NCBI GenBank assembly: GCA_022813865.1
Contig: JALDZX010000030.1
Coordinates: forward strand, 248,001-271,935
Source: Xylographa opegraphella
Lineage: Eukaryota
DNA length: 23,935 nt
Direction: 5' to 3'
Positions 19,980 to 23,935 of the stretch are shown here, piece after piece. The position numbers and the translations under genes are program-made. The stretch's first letter is position 1; the number at the start of each line of letters is the position of its first letter. A model generated the notes under the pieces. That model saw only the letters and a program-made list of their open reading frames with translations, did no database searches and was not told where the DNA came from.

Positions 19980-21675
19980 CTATGCGGATAGTTCATGCAC
20001 ATTCACTTCGCCCATAATCTCGTGAGCACCAATAGAGCCTTGCAATTCTCCTCTGATCTTTGGTAACCCGTATAATTCACTCGTGGGACATTGTTCTCCG
20101 TGAAGCTCGCCCGCGAGTTCCGTGTCACCGTACAGCTCGTTACCTGCACATTGAACTGCAAGCCCCTCAGCAATCTCTGCGAGAGCCCCGGTCGCGGCTT
20201 GCTTTTCTCGTCTTCTTTTGCCCTTTCGAGAGACCAAGACGAATATGCCGCCGAGTATCAGAGTAAACATCACTGGCAACACGACCTCGAGAGCGATCAG
20301 GCGACGAGAAAGAGAGAGCGGCTCCGACGTAGGTGGAAAACTTGTCGTGTTTGATGCAGCCAGAGCCAAAATTGTTTGAATATTTTCTGTTACGTTCTCT
20401 GCAAACACACATTGGTTGATAGAAAATTGCGAGCGTTCGTAATCAACAATCAAATATCTAAACTCTACGATTAGCTGAACAAACATCGATTCTGATATTA
20501 GGGGCTACTTACGACTCTTGCAAGAACACTCTGCCCAAAGTATACTGACTATCATTGGAGGCTCTTTTAATAGGAAAATAGCTCGACGAATTCGTCACGT
20601 TCGGATATGCAGTTGTGACTAGTTGGTCAAAACTCGCATAAGGCAACGTGATGTTAACTGTTTCACTGCTTGTATCGTCTGTTGCAATTCTGATCGTAAA
20701 ACTGGGATTTTGAGCAAGCAATGATTCGTGGAGTGAGTCATTTACAAGGTATAGCTCGGATAAGGGATCATATACGAGTCCAAATACTCGTTCGAAAGCC
20801 TGGCAGACATCAAGGGGAAGCCACATATGAGATATCGTGCTGTCAACACATGATAGTATTGGTTGAGCGAGAAGACTCCCGCCCAGACTGCGAGACCCTT
20901 CAGAAATATTATATGTGATCGATTGAACTCCTACAACCAGCTCGCGCGAGTTATCTGGGGCGAAGTCGAACAAGATGTCGCTCGGGACGTATTTAGATGC
21001 ATCATATCCTCCCAGAGTCAAGCTAGCCAAAGCTTCCTTCAGTCCTAACGAATTTGAGTAACTATTAAAAACGGCTATATTGAATCTTACTATACTTGGC
21101 TCCCGCAGTATATCCAAACGAGAGACTCGGAATCTGTAGGCTCCCTTTGAGAGTGTCCATCAAGCTTTCAGTCGAGTTCCAGAGCTCCGTCAGATTGGTT
21201 GGTCGCGGTGCAATACCCCAAGTAGCAATATAGAAGTCTTTTGCTGCGATCCCCGCCAGGATCTGATGTTCCACAACAAGGGCACCGGAGCCAGGGTAGC
21301 CCAGAGTGAGAGTATCAAATCCAAAATCGCCATTACCGTTATACCCTAGATTAAGTTCTGTGTCTAGAGCATACAGACCGGCATCGTCCCAAGTCGAGGA
21401 CTCATTGCTGTGGAATAGACCTCCACGCGAAGAGCCGCAGTCCGAGGGGTCCTGTTGGGTACATCCAGCGGGCACAACTACCCAGGGCTGAGGTGCTGTG
21501 GTCGAGATGAGGACATGGACGGTCTGGGGCGGTGTGCCCACGGAGAGGGCAAAGGATGACCAAGGACCGTCGTTGCCATCACTAACTGTTCATCAATAAA
21601 CGCGTGACATGGACTCGTCAAAAAAGAGAGCGCTTACAAAGCTTGGCTGGGAGCGATAACGATTGGGGAAATCAT
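19980..21675 (-). CDS. Membrane-anchored pepsin-like (A1) aspartic protease homologue, probably catalytically inactive, ~512 aa; N-terminus uncertain or eroded
   Basis: Exons 21675-21638, 21581-21091, 21044-20513 and 20457-19980 join in frame (1539 nt). Motifs: PSQAFDGNDGPWSSF, VGTPPQTVHVLIST (where DTG is expected), FGYTAGAKYR, SLTLGGYD, VDST, YTLGRVFLQESYLIVDYER. These are followed by a TM segment (LIALEVVLPVMFTLILGGIFVLV), a basic stop-transfer stretch and an EL-x-G repeat tail. Confidence 0.82.
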
Positions 21676-22432
21676 TTGGCCGCTTCGAAACACGCCAAGA
21701 ATTTTGAGATCTTCCTCTATTCGTCCAACGCAACAACATGGGATAAGAATGATAGAGCTCTCGTTCAAAGGAAGAAACTCCTGAAGAAATTTTCTCCTGT
21801 ATAATGGTAGCGTTCACGAGTTTTGAAGCACGTTTACCTTTGAATATTAATTGCCCATGGCTTTTCAACAATGCCTGCCCCGCGACTTCAATCATGCGCA
21901 AGCCCAATTTTACTCCGCCTCAATGATGCGCTGCTGGCTGCATACACTATCAACCATACTGTCCGTTGTCTCAAATCTTTGGAGTATGGGAGATGCACGT
22001 CCACTTTTGCGGTCATTCCTCCAAATTGCGTTGACCATGATTGGAGAGCTTCCGTGTGCGCAGTTACGCATGTACAGCCTCGTGCAAAGATTGGTTCAGG
22101 CTTACCAATGGCATGTTCAGTGACGATCCCTACAGAATCACTAATGCTCATGCAACGGGTTCGAACCGTTTCGTAAGGCTCTATCGCCTGCGTTCGCGAC
22201 TAGCCACTTTGATTTGCTGGAAATGATTAAGACAAGCGGACTGATGCCATAATGCGAGTTGAGCCTTCATGACTGACAGCTTAGATCCAGTATCCCTCTC
22301 TTCGGTTGCCCCGCCCTGCACTATCAATAGTCCTGCGTTCATGGGATTCTATATCATAGTATAATGTCTGCTTGATATCTCTATTGCGCACTGCTTCTCT
22401 CGCTTCGGTCATTTGAATAGACATCGTTCAGT

Positions 22433-23935
22433 ATGATGAAGCTACGTATTCTGTGTCTTGTGCTTCTTGACCTACTTCCACAATTCGTTACACAAGCAGG
22501 TAAAAGGTCTCGGCACCATGGCAGAACATAATAGTCCTGACAGATAATAGAAGGGCTCGCCTCCACAGTGATACCGTATAAAAATGTGACTGCAGCTGCC
22601 TCAATGCAGCAATGCTCGCCTTCGTGTTATATTAGTGCCGATGCTAATGTCTTTGTTTGGGTATCGAGTATTTCAGTTCAAACTGTGGCTACGTTGTTTG
22701 TCACGATCAACGATGCGAATGGAACGCAGCAAACTACCACGTCTCTCCAAGGTAACACTACGGTACAATTAAATGAACCTGGTCCGCTGGAATTTGAAAC
22801 GCCATGGCTGGTAAATAATACCATTCAGAAGCTGTTTTTTGGCCAAACTGTGTGGGTTTTACCGATTGTATCGGCCCTTGCTCTGATTGCTAACATACCC
22901 AAAGAACTTACCCAACTCCATACCTAATTGTCGATGGCTTCGATGTTGACCTGCAATACCCGACTACGATTGGCAACGTTGTTTCATGTAAAAGCACATG
23001 GATTCAAGACGCTCCCAGTAGCGTCTGGCAGTCGTTAAGTCCTCTGCCTACCAACACATCTTGGATAGATCTCCCGGCGCTATCACTTTACGTCAACGGC
23101 TATACAACATTCCTTGCGCCAATGGAGCGATCCGAGTTGGGACTACCAGACATATGCAGCCTTGTGACATATCAAACCATAGGAGCCCCTTCAATCAACC
23201 AACCTGTCCTCGCATTAACAGTCACCTTCATCATCTCGAATACTGCTACACAACTAGCTTTTACTACGTCAAAAAATCCAATAACGCCGACATTTACGTT
23301 TACAACCACTACGACCTCAGCTTCCCCTTCTAGTGCCATATTTTCCTTGCCTTCACAAACCAGCCGTTCGAAAACTTTTACGAAGATTCAAGCTGTAACA
23401 TCGAAAAGCTCGAGCTCTTCCTCTACTGTTTTAATGCCTGCTACTTTTGTCACACTGTTAACTATAAACAATCTCGCGCCTTCGGTATCATCGTCATTTA
23501 CGCCATCACCTGTAACACAAGCATCGACTGTAGCACTACCCGAGTCGGAAGTGTCTTACACTTCAGGCCTTCCCATATCAATAAGCGTAGTATCAATTTC
23601 AAGCGGACCTGTTTACATGAGTAGCATCGAAACACTCCCCACCAGCGAACCTTTTGTTACAGGTGGAGGAAGCTCTATTTTGCTTGCCACAGTGGCCATG
23701 ACGACGGTAGTCAGAATATCGACATTGGACCATAGCGTTGATACAGCCGCGAGCCCTGTGATTGTGATCGCCGGCTCTACAATCACAGCAAATTCAGTAT
23801 CCAACTATGTCTACGGCTCACAAACGCTCGTCCCTGGTGGTTCTGCCATTAGCGTCTCGAATACCCTTATTTCGCTTGCTCCTGAGGCCACGGTGCTAGT
23901 CATTGGCACGTCGACTGTCGAGCTTGATAGTAAAG
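22433..23935 (+). CDS. Secreted Ser/Thr-rich mucin/adhesin-like cell-surface protein (3'-truncated by the window edge)
   Basis: Exons 22433-22499, 22551-22851 and 22905 to beyond 23935. It has a signal-peptide-like start MMKLRILCLVLLDLLPQFVTQA, a Cys-containing N-domain with TYPTPY, many N-x-T/S sequons and a long S/T/P tract. It ends in a repeat-like unit, PVIVIAGSTITANSVSNYVYGSQTLVPGGSAISVSNTLISLAPEATVLVIGTST. The last exon is absent from the ORF track because it has no stop within the window. Confidence 0.8.

Noticed and set aside
1..23935. CRISPR arrays, tRNA/rRNA genes, intact transposons, stop-codon readthrough to PTS1
   Set aside because: By eye I saw no spaced direct repeats, cloverleafs, transposase or RT motifs, or TGA-CTA readthrough contexts. 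tRNAscan-SE and RepeatMasker were not run.

Overview
Intron-rich genomic DNA from a filamentous ascomycete (Pezizomycotina-like). Most introns are 46-59 nt, GT..AG, with CTRAY-type branch sites. I reconstructed 11 protein-coding genes by hand. In order: the 3' end of a Byr4/Bfa1 cytokinesis regulator (+), the complex I 78/75-kDa Fe-S subunit (-, 7 exons), a Sly41-like TPT-family transporter (-), a large S9-like alpha/beta hydrolase (+), a PUF RNA-binding protein (+), a PEX39-like (R/K)PWE protein (-), Scd6/Lsm14 (+), a MAPEG protein (-), an orphan DPR-motif protein (+), a membrane-anchored pepsin-like pseudoprotease (-), and the 5' part of a secreted Ser/Thr-rich mucin-like protein (+). The strongest hidden element is a box C/D snoRNA in the unusually long third intron of SCD6. 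It is an snR52 homologue guiding 18S Am420, and its D' guide appears to have been replaced. Other notable items are a stop-free in-frame PEX39 intron that would insert a hydrophobic segment if retained, a Puf3-type element in the complex I 3' UTR, and an AT-rich block separating the housekeeping genes from a divergent pseudoprotease/mucin pair. No CRISPR array, tRNA, rRNA or intact transposon was seen. All identifications rest on recalled motifs; no searches were run.
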